From: an uncultured Clostridia bacterium
GTDB lineage: Bacteria; Bacillota; Clostridia; Oscillospirales; CAG-382
Length of the DNA: 64,000 bases
NCBI GenBank assembly: GCA_947626805.1
Contig: CANQTR010000001.1
Span: forward strand, 11,579 to 75,578
Reading direction: 5' to 3'
Below are positions 33,000 through 42,621 of this stretch, piece after piece. The position numbers and the translations under genes are program-made. The number at the start of each line of letters is the position of its first letter. Position 1 is the stretch's first letter. The notes below the pieces were generated by a model. It saw only the letters and a program-made list of their open reading frames with translations, made no database searches and had not been told where the DNA came from.

Positions 33000-33932
33000 T
33001 TACTTCCTTACGCGGACCGCGACGAACGCGCCGGCAACGGCGACGAGCGCGAGAACCGCGAACACCACGATTCCGGCGTCACCCGTCGACGGAGCGGCAG
33101 ACGAAGAAGCCGCCGGCGTCGAAGAGGTTGCGGGCGTCGAAGAGGACGCGGGCGTCGAGGAAGTTGCCGGCGTCGAGGAGGACGCGGGCTCCGAAGAGGA
33201 CGCGGGCTCAGAGGAGGTCGTGGAGACCTCGGTCAGCAGGATATCCGCCACGGTATAGTCCTTGTACAAATCGTACTTGCCGGACCAGCCGCTGCCGAGC
33301 TCGTCCCTATCCATCAGGTGGAAAGCGTTGTAGCCGGTGGCGGTGCCGTTGGAAATCTTCGGGGAGGAGTAGGTGACCATCAACTTGAAACTCTTGTCGA
33401 CGGAAACGGCGGATTTCCTGATTTTGAATTCAATCGTGATACTGCTTGCGTCGGTGACGGCAGCCGCCTGAATGTCCTCGGTATTGGCGGTCTTCATCAG
33501 GAAGGTGTCGAAGCTCTTTTCGTTCCAGAGCACGTCAAAGAATTTCCGAATGTCGTTGGCTTCGCCGTCCGCCGGCATTCCGTCGCCGTGGAACCAGATA
33601 CGGAAATTCGTTGCGCCGTCCTGGGCGAAGTTCGCGGGGTCGAGCGCCTTTGTGAAGGCGACCGGTTCGTTGACCTGGACCGCGATGTAGATGTTTTCGC
33701 CGTCGGCGCGGACCGCATACTTCACCTGCAGGTCCTGATTGATTACGCCGCCATCGCTTTCGGCGGTCTGCCAGACGCCTTTTTCGTGCCAGGTGACGTT
33801 TGCCCAGCCGGTATCGTCCAGTTTGCCGTCCACCGTGACGGTTTGCTGTTCGGCAGAGACAGTGAGGAACGTGCAGGCGAGGCACGCCAGCGCCAGCGCG
33901 ACCGCGAGGGTTGTTGCGAGCGTCTTTTTCAT
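33000..33932 (-). CDS. secreted, C-terminally membrane-anchored protein with CBM9/DOMON-like sugar-binding fold (tentative)
   Basis: Signal peptide MKKTLATTLAVALALACLA. VDGKLDDTGWANVTWH-type motif. S/T/P-rich linker and a terminal TM helix followed by RVRK. Confidence 0.7.
   Translation of the reverse strand: MKKTLATTLAVALALACLACTFLTVSAEQQTVTVDGKLDDTGWANVTWHEKGVWQTAESDGGVINQDLQVKYAVRADGENIYIAVQVNEPVAFTKALDPANFAQDGATNFRIWFHGDGMPADGEANDIRKFFDVLWNEKSFDTFLMKTANTEDIQAAAVTDASSITIEFKIRKSAVSVDKSFKLMVTYSSPKISNGTATGYNAFHLMDRDELGSGWSGKYDLYKDYTVADILLTEVSTTSSEPASSSEPASSSTPATSSTPASSSTPATSSTPAASSSAAPSTGDAGIVVFAVLALVAVAGAFVAVRVRK
33112..33219 (-). repeat. six tandem 18-bp units inside the CDS (encode SS[TE]PA[ST]-type hexapeptides)
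   Basis: The plus-strand unit GC(C/G)GGC(G/T)(T/C)(C/A)GA(A/G)GA(G/A)G(T/A)(T/C) repeats 6 times exactly head to tail across 33112-33219. Confidence 0.85.
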
Positions 33933-33982
33933 GAGAAGTTCTTCCTTTCTTTTTTGGTTTTGCTTTGTATTTTTTGGTTTTT

Positions 33983-35506
33983 TTACGGGTAGAGGGTTTC
34001 CAGCTTTTCGACCGTCTTGTTCATCGCCGCGTTGAACGCGTTTTCATGCTGTTCGACGAAACTGCTCAATTGCGGCGTCGCCGTGTAAACGAGCTGGTTG
34101 TAGTACTGAATGCAGTCGTCCCAGTTGAAGGCGACGGAGATGTCTACAAGACGGTTGGAGAACAGGATATCCAGCATTTCCGGCGAATCATCGTCGTCGA
34201 GGAACCGCTTGTACTTCAGCGTCCGGTCGTAATACTCCGGCGTGACCATTTTGTAGTTGAGGTAGGCGAGCGTTTCCATGGCGAAGGTCGTGAATTCCGT
34301 ATCCGGGCAGGACTTCATGATTCCGACGACCTGGAACCGATAGGGGTCGCAAGTGGTCGCGTAGTGCTCCTGCTCGGCGTCGAATTTGGGCATCGGCAGG
34401 ATTCCGTAGCGGATTTCCGCGTTGCGGAGGTCGTCGCTGTTGACGGTATTGACGAGCCCCATGAGGAACAGCGCTTGCCCCTTATAGAAGTTCTTGACGA
34501 CGTTAGCGGAATCCGGCGCGTTCCAGGCGTAGTACTGCTCGCGCCAGGCGACGCAGGAACGGTCGTTCATGATTGTATGCACCTTCTCGAACGCGCTGAC
34601 GTTTTTGCCGTCGAGCATGGCGAGTTCGGGCAGCCCCTTTTCGTTCATCTTGATTTGCGGGGTGTCGCAACCCATGATCAGCGAATAGGTGTCGAACGCG
34701 ACGCCGACGAGCCCCCAGACGTCCGGTCCGGTCACGGTCATGATGCCGTCGTCCTTTTCCGTAGCCGCAACCTTCGCCATTTCGTACATCTTGTCGACCG
34801 TCCACGCGTTGTCGAGAACCAATTGCGTGGGCGCTTCGAGGTTGTTTTCGGTGATGATGTCCTTGTTGTAGTAAATGCAGCGGGTGTTCTCGTTGTCGAA
34901 CAGGGTGATGTCGCCGGTGGTGAAGAACAACTTGCCCATGAGGGTCATATCCGCATTGGCGGCGGAATCCCACCAAGGCGCCGTCAAATCCAGATGGGAG
35001 TCCGCAAGGTCGTAAAGGTCCAGGAACGAACCGTCGCTCGCAAGGATCGCCATGGACTGCAGACCGGTCGCGGCGATGTCGTAGGACGCCGTTCCGCTCA
35101 TGATGTCATTCCGCACGCGGGAAAGGAACGGGTTGAACGGTTCGATGAACTCGGTTTCAATCGTGAACCCGTAGGATTGGGCAATCAAATCGTTCCGGTT
35201 GACGCAGGCGTCGTTGACCGGTTCGGTGTTCCGTTCCGTCGCGCCGAACGCTTCCTCCTCGAACGGCAGCTTCTCGGTGGCGGCGAGGACGTGCAGGACG
35301 TGTCCGGAGTAATCCGCTTCGCCCAGCGTCGGGACCAGCGCTTCGCTCGTCGAGGAGGCGGCGCTGTCGTCGCCGGAGCCGGAGGTCTCTTCCTCCTCGC
35401 TGCAGGCGGTGAGCAGCACCGAGAACAGCAGCAGGCACGAAAGGACCAGGCAGAGCGCGGAAACGAGGCGTGGAAGCCGTTTGCGGGGTGGTGCAACGTG
35501 TTTCAT
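33983..35506 (-). CDS. ABC-transporter extracellular solute-binding lipoprotein (large family-1 type)
   Basis: ORF 33983..36247 trimmed to ATG 35506. MKHVAPPRKRLPRLVSALCLVLSCLLLFSVLLTACSEE has a lipobox. About 500 aa, with typical SBP composition. Confidence 0.75.
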   Translation of the reverse strand: MKHVAPPRKRLPRLVSALCLVLSCLLLFSVLLTACSEEEETSGSGDDSAASSTSEALVPTLGEADYSGHVLHVLAATEKLPFEEEAFGATERNTEPVNDACVNRNDLIAQSYGFTIETEFIEPFNPFLSRVRNDIMSGTASYDIAATGLQSMAILASDGSFLDLYDLADSHLDLTAPWWDSAANADMTLMGKLFFTTGDITLFDNENTRCIYYNKDIITENNLEAPTQLVLDNAWTVDKMYEMAKVAATEKDDGIMTVTGPDVWGLVGVAFDTYSLIMGCDTPQIKMNEKGLPELAMLDGKNVSAFEKVHTIMNDRSCVAWREQYYAWNAPDSANVVKNFYKGQALFLMGLVNTVNSDDLRNAEIRYGILPMPKFDAEQEHYATTCDPYRFQVVGIMKSCPDTEFTTFAMETLAYLNYKMVTPEYYDRTLKYKRFLDDDDSPEMLDILFSNRLVDISVAFNWDDCIQYYNQLVYTATPQLSSFVEQHENAFNAAMNKTVEKLETLYP

Positions 35507-35541
35507 TTGGAACTTCCCTCCTATAATGAATACCTTTTCGT

Positions 35542-37515
35542 TCAACGGAAACATACGCAGGTGACCTCCTGTGCCGAAAGGCGGACCTCCTGCCCGACGA
35601 CGGTGAAGGACTGCTCGCGGTCGCTGTCGTTCCACAGCGCGTACAGGTGCTCGTCGCCGGAAACGAATTCGCCGCACTTCACGCCCGGCGGAAGGGGCGG
35701 CGTCTGCTCGCAGACGTAACGCCCTTCGTAGAAGAACCGGCGGTAGGTCTCCTTGCAGGCGAGCAGCTTGCGAATCTTTTCCCGCAGCGTGGGCAATTCG
35801 CCGATGTGCGCACGTCCGCGGTAGGGCGAAACGTCCAGCCGGAAGCCGTGGATGAAAGCGTTGCCCAGCCGGCGGTCGGTATCCTCCTTGTCGTCGTGTA
35901 CGAACCGGTCGGTCTGGACGACTTCGGGGAAGGTCCGCAGGAACATCTCCGGCAGGCAGCCGGGGACGAATGAAGCGCCGGTTTGAATCCCGTGGATATA
36001 ATGCACATAGGGGAGCAGGCGGTCGTTGACCATTTCCGTCCCGATTGCCTTGCCCGCCGGGCAATCCTCCAGCAGTCGGCGGAAAATCTCCACGCGACCC
36101 TTTTCCGCCTCGTCCGGGCGGAAACCGTGTCGATGTGCGGGGTTGAAGCAGGGCAGCGGCGCGGCGCCGCCAATCTGGTCGAAAAAGGCGGAATCGCACC
36201 CGAAAGAGAATTTCAGCCGCTCGTACGCCGCCACGCGCTCCTGCCACTCGTCGGTCGCGGGGCAGGCGGTCACGAAGGATTTATAGCCGAACGAACGCAG
36301 CAACAGCCCGTCGTTCCCGAAGCGGTAATGGTCGCGGTACTCGTTGCCGTCGATGTCAATGCGGCAGACGTCCTTGCCGATTTCCCGGTAGTAGTCGGTC
36401 TGCACGTCGATAAGCTGCCCGTTCGTGTACAGCGCGACCCTGCCGCCGGCCTTCTGCACGTCCGCAATCGCCTGTCGGAGTTTTTCCGCTCCGCCGAGCG
36501 CCGGGTCCGGCTCGTAGACGGGGTAGCCGTTGTCAAAGCGGCCCTTCCACCAGCCGAAAACCATGAGCATATTCAGTCCGCAGGCCCGACCTTCCTCATA
36601 GACGCGCGGGAGGTCCTCATAGGTGAATTGCACCTCCCCGAACTGGTGCCGCAGAATGATTCGCTGCCAGCCGGTAATGCCCTTGACCCAATCCGGAAGG
36701 ACGGGGGGCGTGTACCACGTCCGGCGGGCGTGATTGCCGTAGATATCCGAGCCTTTCCGCCAATCCCCCTCGCAAAGGGCGACGAAGCAATCGGAAACCG
36801 GGACGGTCTCCCCCTCCCGCACGCAGGGCAGGTGGGAAATCGTCAGCAGCAAACGGGGGGCTTCCCGGCGCGGGGAAACGCCCGCCGCAAGCGCGCAGAC
36901 CTTCAACGTCGGGTCATGCCGACCCACGTACAGGAAACGCCCGCCGGTTTGCAGACCGAACCAGCACATGGCGGCGTCGCCGGGATAGCGCATGGCGTTC
37001 CAGATTTGGTGGTGGTCGGAGGAGATGTACTCGGTGTGGCAGGTTCTTTTGATGCGCTCCCACGGGTTTTCGACGGTGGAGCCGAGCCCGTTGCAATGGC
37101 AGAGGACGTCCTTTTCCCGTTCCGCCCCGCAAGCGGACGACAGGTCGACGAGCGGAAGCTGCAGTTCGTTGAGCCGCACGGCGCACCGATTGGTGACGGT
37201 GCCGTCGAACCGGAAACCGGGATAGGTGCTCACGCAGGCGCTCACCGTCACGGTGAGGGTGATGTCGAAACGCCGCCCGTTCTCCGCGACCAGACAGGGG
37301 TATTCGATGCGTAGGGTCTGCCCCTCCGCGCGGACGACGCCGGTTTGCTTGGAGGAGCGGACGGTCATTTCCCGTTCGTAGCCGTCGTCCAGATAGGCGC
37401 GCCAGAAATCCGCGCCCTCGCTTTGGCGAAGCGCCGTGCCGGGCGAGGACCAGCCGACGGTCCGCCCGTCCTCCGAAACGGAAAAGACCAGCAATCCGGA
37501 AGTCAATGCAAGCAT
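35542..37515 (-). CDS. putative glycoside hydrolase-like TIM-barrel protein (DUF-type)
   Basis: 657 aa. The central block NMLMVFGWWKGRFDNGYPVYEP...GGRVALYTNGQLID resembles GH-like barrels. The assignment is tentative. Confidence 0.45.
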   Translation of the reverse strand: MLALTSGLLVFSVSEDGRTVGWSSPGTALRQSEGADFWRAYLDDGYEREMTVRSSKQTGVVRAEGQTLRIEYPCLVAENGRRFDITLTVTVSACVSTYPGFRFDGTVTNRCAVRLNELQLPLVDLSSACGAEREKDVLCHCNGLGSTVENPWERIKRTCHTEYISSDHHQIWNAMRYPGDAAMCWFGLQTGGRFLYVGRHDPTLKVCALAAGVSPRREAPRLLLTISHLPCVREGETVPVSDCFVALCEGDWRKGSDIYGNHARRTWYTPPVLPDWVKGITGWQRIILRHQFGEVQFTYEDLPRVYEEGRACGLNMLMVFGWWKGRFDNGYPVYEPDPALGGAEKLRQAIADVQKAGGRVALYTNGQLIDVQTDYYREIGKDVCRIDIDGNEYRDHYRFGNDGLLLRSFGYKSFVTACPATDEWQERVAAYERLKFSFGCDSAFFDQIGGAAPLPCFNPAHRHGFRPDEAEKGRVEIFRRLLEDCPAGKAIGTEMVNDRLLPYVHYIHGIQTGASFVPGCLPEMFLRTFPEVVQTDRFVHDDKEDTDRRLGNAFIHGFRLDVSPYRGRAHIGELPTLREKIRKLLACKETYRRFFYEGRYVCEQTPPLPPGVKCGEFVSGDEHLYALWNDSDREQSFTVVGQEVRLSAQEVTCVCFR

Positions 37516-37536
37516 AACCGTTTCACGCCTCCCGCG

Positions 37537-38520
37537 TCAGAATCCGACCAGTTCGTCCGCTTCCTCGCTGCAGGTGAACGTCGGGCAGTAGGAGAATTGC
37601 CAACGGGAGCGATAGTCCCATTCGGTCCCCGCGCCGACCGGGGACGGCTCGGTACGGAAGCAGGAGAAGTAGAGTTTATTGGCGACGGGGTTCATATCCC
37701 AGAACCGCGTATAGAGGTCGGAACGGAAGAATTGGTCCTCCGGGTGAAGAATGCTGACCGTCATATGGCAATCCGGTCGATCCTTCCCCCACAGTTCCGC
37801 TTTGGAAGCGACGTTGCCGTTGCTGAAATGGTTGCCGTATTGGCTGCTTCCGTGCAGCGGCGTCCGCACGAGCTTTGTCGTTCCGTCGTCGTTATAGAAG
37901 CGCGCGAAATTGCCGCAACGCTTGAAAATCGGCATCATGCAGCTGCACGACCTGCCGAACCAGACGTCCTGCAGCAGGCGGAAACGGGTGCGCAGGCAGA
38001 CGTCCTCGCCGTTGAACAGATAGTCCTTTTCCGCCTCGATGAGCACATGTTCCGGCAAAAATTCGTCCTGATACAGGCAACTGTGCATGACCACCCGCAA
38101 CCCGTTCACGCGCGCCGAGCCGCCGGGGAGCAGGGAGAGCACTTCCCCGCTCGACGCGTCGAAAAAGGTCCTATCCAGCAGCCGCTCGTTGGAGCAGGCG
38201 GAGTTATCCGCCCGCCAGTTCGGGTCGGTATAATCGCCGTGATTGCCCCCGCGAAACGTGACCGTTCCGGGCGTCCTGCCGCAACGGAAAACCCATTCGA
38301 AGTCGGTCGAGGCGCCGACAAGCCGAACCGGCTCGCCGCCCGGCGTCGTGAAATCCACGGCGCCCAGCATATACATCCCCCAGCGCTTGCGAACCAGTTG
38401 CGTCGTATAGCGCCCGCCGTCCGTCCGACGGTACGCAATCGTATAGCAGGCGCCGGTTTCGTCGAGGTCGACCTGCACCGGGAGCAGTCGGGAAATCCCG
38501 AATTGCGTGAATTGTTCCAT
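37537..38520 (-). CDS. hypothetical protein (327 aa), beta-rich, first gene of the glycan cluster
   Basis: Good coding periodicity and it sits 21 nt upstream of the next gene. No motif recognised. Confidence 0.6.
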   Translation of the reverse strand: MEQFTQFGISRLLPVQVDLDETGACYTIAYRRTDGGRYTTQLVRKRWGMYMLGAVDFTTPGGEPVRLVGASTDFEWVFRCGRTPGTVTFRGGNHGDYTDPNWRADNSACSNERLLDRTFFDASSGEVLSLLPGGSARVNGLRVVMHSCLYQDEFLPEHVLIEAEKDYLFNGEDVCLRTRFRLLQDVWFGRSCSCMMPIFKRCGNFARFYNDDGTTKLVRTPLHGSSQYGNHFSNGNVASKAELWGKDRPDCHMTVSILHPEDQFFRSDLYTRFWDMNPVANKLYFSCFRTEPSPVGAGTEWDYRSRWQFSYCPTFTCSEEADELVGF

Positions 38521-38925
38521 TTGTGCATTTGTCCTCGCTCATTTTGTGGAAATTGACGAAAAACCTCCGTCGAAACACGTTTGCACAGGATACAAATTTA
38601 CAAATAACAGTATATTCCTTTTTTGAAAATATTGCAATAACCGTTTCAAAAGTTTACAAATTATTCACAAATTCAAAAGAGGCGCAAAAAAACGGTTCCT
38701 ACGACCGCAATGCAAACTTGCGCGAAGATTTCAATCCGTTCATCAAAATGCACTTGCTTTTATTTGCGTTCCGTTGTATAATGGGATTGAAAAAGGCGAC
38801 CGCAAAACACCGCAAAAAGTCGCACGGAACCTGATATTTCTGTTGGGGACAAAACCATTCGCGAACCGTATAATAAAGGCAGTTGCAGAGGAAACGCACG
38901 GGTTTCGGAAAGGAGGCGCGCAAAG

Positions 38926-40524
38926 GTGATTCTGTCGGGTTCGTTAAAACGGAATGTCGTTATGCTCGCCGCAACCTTTCTGATATGCAGTTTCCTGAAT
39001 GTCCTCTTTGAGGGCTTCGGTTTTACGGAATGTTCCCGGCTTTATTGCGGCGTGCTCGTTCTGCTTTGGGCTCTCTCCATTCAGGCGCGCGTCACCCACG
39101 CCCGCCTTCGGAATCTTCTTTTATGGATTGCGGCGCTGATTCTGCTCTGTTCCCTGCTGCAAATCTTCCGCAATCAGTTTTTCCGTGACATTCCCGCGAT
39201 TCAGCGCTATTTATGGTATCTCCACTACGCGCCGATGATGGCGATTGCGCTGCTGTGCTTTTACCTGTCCGTATGCATCTACCAACCGGCGGAAACGCCG
39301 CTGCCCGCGGTCTTTTGTCTGCCGGGATTTGCGGGCGTCCTGCTGACGCTGGGCGTGTTGACGAACGACGTTCACTTTTTCGCGTTCCGCTTTTCGGACG
39401 GCGGCGAAAGCACCCGCGCGTGGCTGATGTATTGCTTCATGGCGTTTCTTCTGGTCACCGTTTTTACGGCTTACTTCGTCATTTTGAAAAAGCACCGGCG
39501 GTACAACACGAGAAAACACTGCCTTCTGCCGCTGCTTCCCCTTGCCGTCGAAATCCTTTATATCGCCCTATATGTTCTCGATTCGGACCCCCGAATCGGC
39601 GGCGTCCGCGTTTGGGATTACGGGGAGATTTTCTGCATTTGCACCGTCGCGTTTTTGGAAACCTGTATCCAGACCGGCATGATTCCGGCGAACAAGGATT
39701 ACGACAAACTGTTTTCCGCCTCCTCTTACCCCGCCGTGATTTTAAACCGTGCCGGAACGGTGATTTATCAAACCGCGGGCGCAAAGTACCCCTTCCGAAC
39801 GAGTGAGGATATCCAGGTCAAGCGTCATTTCATTTCGGGCGGTCGTATCGAATGGACGGTCGATGTAAAGTATACCCATGCGCTTTCACAGCAACTTACG
39901 GAAGCAACGCAACAGTTGAAAACGCGCAACGCCTATTTGGCCGAGGAAAACCGCATTAAGCGGGAAAAAGCGGAGATGGAAACCCGCAACCGCCTGTATG
40001 ACGGGATTTCCGAAATCATCCGCACGCAACTTTCGGAAATTGACGCGATGCTGAACGACACGGGGACACCGATTGCGGCAAAACTCCCCAAAATTTCCGT
40101 ATGGAAAGCGTACATAAAAAGACGAAGCAATATGGAACTTTTGGCGATTTCCGGCCCGCTGCCCGTCGGAGAACTCACGGCGGCGATTACCGAAACGCTG
40201 GACTATGTAAAGCTGTGCGGCGTCGTCACGGCGGCGTCCTCTTCCGGGACCGGCGCTTTCCCGTCGGACCTGGTCATCGCCGCTTACGAGCAGTTCTGGA
40301 ACGTTTTGCACAAAAGCATCGACTCGCTGTCGCATATGCACGTTTCGGTACGGGCGGAAAAAAGCGAGCTGACGCTCCGCATGCTTTTGAAAACGGAGGA
40401 CTTTTCCTGCGAAGCGGACAGCCTTCGTCGGACAGGCAGAACGTTTTCTTCGAAAGGCTCCATCACAAAAGAGGGACCGGACATTCGCGTTTCCTTCACG
40501 TTCGTGAAAGGAGGCGGCGCATGA
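38926..40524 (+). CDS. multi-TM histidine-kinase-like protein with degenerate phosphoacceptor site
   Basis: Seven or so TM helices, then a HisKA_3-like helix ETRNRLYDGISEIIRTQL with Tyr (39997-39999) where His is expected. No N/G1/G2 ATPase boxes seen. GTG start (alternative Met 12 codons later). Confidence 0.65.
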   Translation: MILSGSLKRNVVMLAATFLICSFLNVLFEGFGFTECSRLYCGVLVLLWALSIQARVTHARLRNLLLWIAALILLCSLLQIFRNQFFRDIPAIQRYLWYLHYAPMMAIALLCFYLSVCIYQPAETPLPAVFCLPGFAGVLLTLGVLTNDVHFFAFRFSDGGESTRAWLMYCFMAFLLVTVFTAYFVILKKHRRYNTRKHCLLPLLPLAVEILYIALYVLDSDPRIGGVRVWDYGEIFCICTVAFLETCIQTGMIPANKDYDKLFSASSYPAVILNRAGTVIYQTAGAKYPFRTSEDIQVKRHFISGGRIEWTVDVKYTHALSQQLTEATQQLKTRNAYLAEENRIKREKAEMETRNRLYDGISEIIRTQLSEIDAMLNDTGTPIAAKLPKISVWKAYIKRRSNMELLAISGPLPVGELTAAITETLDYVKLCGVVTAASSSGTGAFPSDLVIAAYEQFWNVLHKSIDSLSHMHVSVRAEKSELTLRMLLKTEDFSCEADSLRRTGRTFSSKGSITKEGPDIRVSFTFVKGGGA

Positions 40525-41807
40525 TGCCGGAAAGAGTCGGTTCCGAATCCGTGCTTTGGTCTGTCATGGGCGTTTTTTCGGTACTCCTGTTCTTTGCCGG
40601 ATTTGCCGTTTTTATCCTCATGGTCCGTCAGAAAAGGACCGCGGGGGCGGGCGCCGCGTTGCTTACGATTCTGCTTTCCTACGGGCTGTTTCAGCATATC
40701 GGGGCGTTCCTCCGCGAAACGGGGCGCGCCGCCGCACAGACCGCGGGACGTTTCGGCGCCGCGATTCCCGATTGGCTGGTCCTTTCCGTCTGTGTTGCGC
40801 TGACGGCGGGCGAACTGCTGCTGTTTTGCAGCATCGTTTCCCACCGGAAAAACCGCATCACCCTGATGTCAATCAAGGAAGCGACGGACGGTCTGCCTAT
40901 GGGCATTCTATGCTATGCCCCGAACGGGCGGATTTTGCTTATCAACCCCGCGATGGAGCGATTCGGCAGCCTGCTTACCGGAGAATTGCCGACGGACGGC
41001 TCGCTGTTCGCGGAAAAGTTGCATACGGGCGAATTCCTGCCGGGCTGTCAAGTGATTGACGCGCCGGAAACGCTTGTGATTCGCCTGTCCGACGACACGG
41101 TATGGACGGTAACGGAAGAAGTCATCCCGTATGAGGGCGTCCGCATACAGGCGATTATGGTTTCGGATATTACCGACGACTACCAAAAAACGCTGGAATT
41201 GCGCCGCATACAGGAGAAGGTGCTGACGCTCAACGCCAAACTCGTCAAAACGAATCGGGAAATCGTCGCGTTGACGGCGGAGCAGGAACTGCTTGCCGCA
41301 AAAGTCAAGATTCACGACGAACTCGGGCAGAACCTGCTCTCCATCAAGCGCCTGATTCTGAGCGGGTGCGGAACGGAAAGCGAAGCGGCGGAGATTCTGA
41401 AACGGTTGCGCGAAAATATCGATTTTCTGAAAGGGGAAGCGGATGTCGTCCCCGATGAATACGAGCTGATGATTGGCACGGCAAAGCGTCTGGGAGTGGA
41501 CGTCGTTCTTTCGGGGACGCTGCCGCAAACGGAGCCGTTCAAGCAAATCATCGCGGCGGGCATTCACGAGTGCTTTACCAATACCCTTCGCCACGCCCAC
41601 GGCGACAGACTGCATGTGCGGATTGCCGAAAACGAAACGCTGCTGACCGCCGTCTTTACCAACAACGGGGAGCCCCCGACCGGCGAAATCGACGAAAAGG
41701 GCGGGCTGAAGCTATTGCGCGCTCTGGTCGAGCGGGTCGGCGGGCGTATGACGGTTTCCGTGGAACCGGATTTGTCCGTTACATTGGAATTACCGAAGGA
41801 GGTTTGA
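40521..41807 (+). CDS. NarL-class sensor histidine kinase (HisKA_3 + HATPase)
   Basis: ATGA overlap with the upstream gene. TM helices, H-box KVKIHDELGQNLLSIK, N-box ECFTNTLRHAHG, and a G-box GGLKLLRALVERVGG. Confidence 0.85.
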   Translation: MMPERVGSESVLWSVMGVFSVLLFFAGFAVFILMVRQKRTAGAGAALLTILLSYGLFQHIGAFLRETGRAAAQTAGRFGAAIPDWLVLSVCVALTAGELLLFCSIVSHRKNRITLMSIKEATDGLPMGILCYAPNGRILLINPAMERFGSLLTGELPTDGSLFAEKLHTGEFLPGCQVIDAPETLVIRLSDDTVWTVTEEVIPYEGVRIQAIMVSDITDDYQKTLELRRIQEKVLTLNAKLVKTNREIVALTAEQELLAAKVKIHDELGQNLLSIKRLILSGCGTESEAAEILKRLRENIDFLKGEADVVPDEYELMIGTAKRLGVDVVLSGTLPQTEPFKQIIAAGIHECFTNTLRHAHGDRLHVRIAENETLLTAVFTNNGEPPTGEIDEKGGLKLLRALVERVGGRMTVSVEPDLSVTLELPKEV

Positions 41808-41808
41808 A

Positions 41809-42444
41809 ATGCCGTATCAGGTGTTGATTGTGGACGACCAGATTATGTCGAGACAGTTGTTCGAAAATTTCGTGTCGGGTTCGGAGAATTACCGCGTGGC
41901 GGCCTCCATCGAAACCGCGAAAGTGGCCGACGCCTATTGCGCGGGAAGCCGAATCGACCTTGCCATCATCGACGTCGTCATGAAGGACGGCTCCAGCGGG
42001 CTGGACGCCGCGGCGCGCATCAAAGCGTCCTACCCCGGCACAAAGGTCATCATCGTCACCTCTATGCCGGACGCGATGTTCCTGAAACGCGCAAAGGAAA
42101 TCGGCGTAGACGCTTTTTGGTACAAGGAAGTGCAGGAAATTCCCATGCGCGAGGTCATGGACCGCGTCATGGCGGGAGAAAAAATTTTCCCCGACAGCCC
42201 GCCGGTGACACAGCTCGGGTTCGCAAAAAATACGGAACTGACCGAGCGCGAACTGGACGTTTTGCGGCTTTTGGCGGAAGGATTGACCGACAGGGAAATC
42301 GCCGGGCGGCTGTATCTGAGTTTGAGCACCGTCCGTTACCATGTGAACAATCTGATTTCCAAAACGGGACAGTCCTCCCGGACGGAACTGGCGGTAAACG
42401 CCGTCCGCAGCGGAATTGCAATCCCGCATACGCGGGAACCGTAA
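41809..42444 (+). CDS. NarL/LuxR-family response regulator
   Basis: VLIVDDQ, DLAIIDVVM, and the HTH region LTERELDVLRLLAEGLTDREIAGRLYLSLSTVRYHVNNLISK. Confidence 0.9.
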   Translation: MPYQVLIVDDQIMSRQLFENFVSGSENYRVAASIETAKVADAYCAGSRIDLAIIDVVMKDGSSGLDAAARIKASYPGTKVIIVTSMPDAMFLKRAKEIGVDAFWYKEVQEIPMREVMDRVMAGEKIFPDSPPVTQLGFAKNTELTERELDVLRLLAEGLTDREIAGRLYLSLSTVRYHVNNLISKTGQSSRTELAVNAVRSGIAIPHTREP

Positions 42445-42465
42445 CTATCGATACAAACCGATTTC

Positions 42466-42500
42466 GGCGGCAGTTTCTTGGGAAACTGCCGCCTTTTTTT
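42466..42500 (+). terminator. rho-independent terminator
   Basis: GGCGGCAGTTTC-TTGG-GAAACTGCCGCC followed by TTTTTTT. Confidence 0.85.
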
Positions 42501-42621
42501 CGCAAAAACTGACATTTCTGTTGGGGCGTTTCCCCCGCAAATCCGCTATCCTATTGGCACAGGTCCGTTAGGGGGGCCGGACAATATGATTGGATTTCGA
42601 CAGGCGACGGAGGAAACGAGT

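Noticed and set aside
33965-36247. The 754-aa ORF 33983..36247(-) taken as one gene, and the antisense 584-aa ORF 33965..35719(+).
   Set aside because: The N-terminal 247 codons of the minus ORF are Arg/Pro/Gly-rich junk that overlaps the well-formed upstream gene 35542..37515. A proper signal peptide with lipobox begins at ATG 35506. The plus-strand ORF is a shadow ORF.
42478-42621. Upstream extension of the adhesin ORF (start at 42478), and upstream extensions of ORFs 40101.., 29567.., 28881.. and 15680...
   Set aside because: The extensions overlap terminators or upstream genes and lack an SD. Internal ATGs with good SDs give proper signal peptides or domain starts.
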